In this document: in pieces, positions 62,678-64,000 of the stretch
Position numbering within the stretch: position 1 is the stretch's first letter
How the letters are laid out: each line of letters starts with the position of its first letter
Source of the DNA: Actinomycetota bacterium
Lineage (GTDB): Bacteria > Actinomycetota > Actinomycetes > Nanopelagicales > Nanopelagicaceae
Reading direction: 5' to 3'
Assembly (NCBI GenBank): GCA_046052045.1
Contig: JBJONB010000002.1
Location: 7,846-71,845, forward strand
DNA length: 64,000 nucleotides
Made by a program: the position numbers and the translations under genes
Notes under the pieces: model-generated
Seen by the model: only the letters and a program-made list of their open reading frames with translations
Told to the model about the DNA's origin: nothing
Databases searched by the model: none

Positions 62678-62692
62678 ACAGTAGGGTAGTTT
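62678..62692. promoter_or_regulatory. back-to-back -10 elements for the divergent leaderless DUF3099 and fabG genes
   Basis: Minus-strand TACTGT-N6-ATG (62683-78) and plus-strand TAGTTT-N6-ATG (62687-92). Confidence 0.55.
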
Positions 62693-62698
62693 TCTCTC

Positions 62699-63412
62699 AT
62701 GAGCGACTCGACATCAATCGCACTTGTAACGGGCGGAAATCGTGGAATCGGTTTAGCAATCGCTACCGCGCTTAAGGCTGCAGGTCACCGAGTTGTCATC
62801 ACATATCGAAGCGGAACTCCGCCTACTGGTTTCGATGCAGTCCAGATGGATGTCACAGATTCATCCAGTGTTGATGCGGGCTTTGCAAAGATTGAAGCCG
62901 AGATTGGTCAACCAGAAATTATCGTTGCTAATGCGGGCATTACTAAAGACACCCTTGTAATGCGAATGAGCGATGAAGATTTCGAGAGCGTGATCAACGC
63001 AAACCTCACCGGAGCATTCCGAGTTTCAAAGCGAGCGACTAAAGGTTTACTCAAGTTAAAGCGCGGACGACTAATTTTTATTGGTTCTGTTGTTGGTGGA
63101 GTAGGGGCTGCTGGTCAAGTGAATTACTCGGCCTCAAAGTCAGGTCTCGTCGGAATGGCTCGTTCATTTGCCCGCGAACTTGGAAGTCGCGGAATCACTG
63201 CAAACGTTATCGCTCCAGGATTTGTTGAGACAGATATGACGGCCGAACTTGATGAGAAGCGACGTTCTGATATTGCAGCCCAAGTTCCTTTAGGTCGATT
63301 CTGTTCAGCTGAAGAGATTGCAGACGTTGTTGCATTTATTGCATCCCCACAAGCAAGTTACATCACTGGTGCCATCATTCCTGTCGATGGCGGATTAGGA
63401 ATGGGTCACTAA
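62699..63412 (+). CDS. fabG: 3-oxoacyl-ACP reductase
   Basis: TGGNRGIG, NAGITKD, YSASK and PGFVETDMT motifs; followed by fabI. Confidence 0.93.
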   Translation: MSDSTSIALVTGGNRGIGLAIATALKAAGHRVVITYRSGTPPTGFDAVQMDVTDSSSVDAGFAKIEAEIGQPEIIVANAGITKDTLVMRMSDEDFESVINANLTGAFRVSKRATKGLLKLKRGRLIFIGSVVGGVGAAGQVNYSASKSGLVGMARSFARELGSRGITANVIAPGFVETDMTAELDEKRRSDIAAQVPLGRFCSAEEIADVVAFIASPQASYITGAIIPVDGGLGMGH

Positions 63413-63414
63413 AT

Positions 63415-64000
63415 ATGGGCATCCTCCAAGGAAAAAATATCCTGGTTACCGGTGTTCTCACCGATGGATCAATCGCTTTCCATATCGCCAAGATTGCTCA
63501 AGAGGAAGGCGCCAACGTCGTACTCACTGGCTTCGGTCGCGCACTAAGCCTGACAACTCGTATCGCCGGACGCCTTCCACAACCTGCACCAATCATCGAA
63601 CTTGATGTCACCAATCAAGAACACCTTGATGGCCTGGCAGAAGAAGTGCGAAAGCATGTTCCGCATCTCGATGGCGTTGTGCATTCGATTGGTTTTGCTC
63701 CTGAAGCAGCCCTTGGCGGCAACTTCCTCAATACTGCTTGGGAAGATGTTTCAACTGCAGTTCACATTTCGGCCTACTCTTTGAAGTCGTTGACCATGGC
63801 ATGTCGACCAACATTTAAGGATGGCGCATCTGTTGTCGGTCTTGATTTTGACGCACAAATTGCATGGCCAAAATACGACTGGATGGGCGTTGCAAAGGCA
63901 GCACTTGAATCAACTTCACGTTACTTAGCTCGCGATTTAGGTGCTGAAAATGTTCGCATCAATCTCGTTGCCGCAGGCCCAATTCGCACCATGGCCGCAA
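63415..64000 (+). CDS. fabI: enoyl-ACP reductase (InhA-like), 3'-partial
   Basis: Translated by hand as MGILQGKNILVTGVLTDGSIAF...HSIGFAP...YDWMGVAK...AGPIRT; not in the ORF track because it runs off the window end. Confidence 0.95.
   Translation, partial: MGILQGKNILVTGVLTDGSIAFHIAKIAQEEGANVVLTGFGRALSLTTRIAGRLPQPAPIIELDVTNQEHLDGLAEEVRKHVPHLDGVVHSIGFAPEAALGGNFLNTAWEDVSTAVHISAYSLKSLTMACRPTFKDGASVVGLDFDAQIAWPKYDWMGVAKAALESTSRYLARDLGAENVRINLVAAGPIRTMAA

Overview
This window is a compact core-chromosome segment of a streamlined, moderate-GC actinobacterium. Gene order, protein sequences and extreme compaction suggest freshwater acI / Ca. Nanopelagicales; this assignment is an inference. Gene order: dnaE (5'-partial), hisDCBH-priA-hisFI, trpE, a 52-aa membrane ORF missed by the ORF track, trpCBA, MauE/DoxX, DsbA, lgt, VIT1, gltBD, pyk, tRNA-Leu(CAA), an ANTAR response regulator, livKHMGF, PaaI thioesterase, polA, MFS, rpsA, coaE, uvrB-uvrA-uvrC, rapZ-yvcK-whiA, gap-pgk-tpiA, secG, an RbpA-family gene, (ctaA-tkt-pgi on the minus strand), sufR-sufBD-Rieske-sufCSU-sufT, an ABC exporter, SURF1/DUF3099 and fabG-fabI (3'-partial). 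I found no mobile elements, CRISPR arrays, defence islands or rRNA, and no clearly new multi-gene system. The most interesting signals are regulatory or small-scale. (1) A pervasive TANNNT-N6-start-codon pattern indicates leaderless promoters, some reusing upstream stop codons. (2) A miniaturised trp-operon membrane protein lies between trpE and trpC. (3) The gltB leader can form an SD-sequestering switch. (4) A short-variable-arm tRNA-Leu abuts the ANTAR regulator start codon. (5) The LivK solute-binding protein has no lipobox. (6) A MauE-like/DsbA pair may be an uncharacterised disulfide-relay module.
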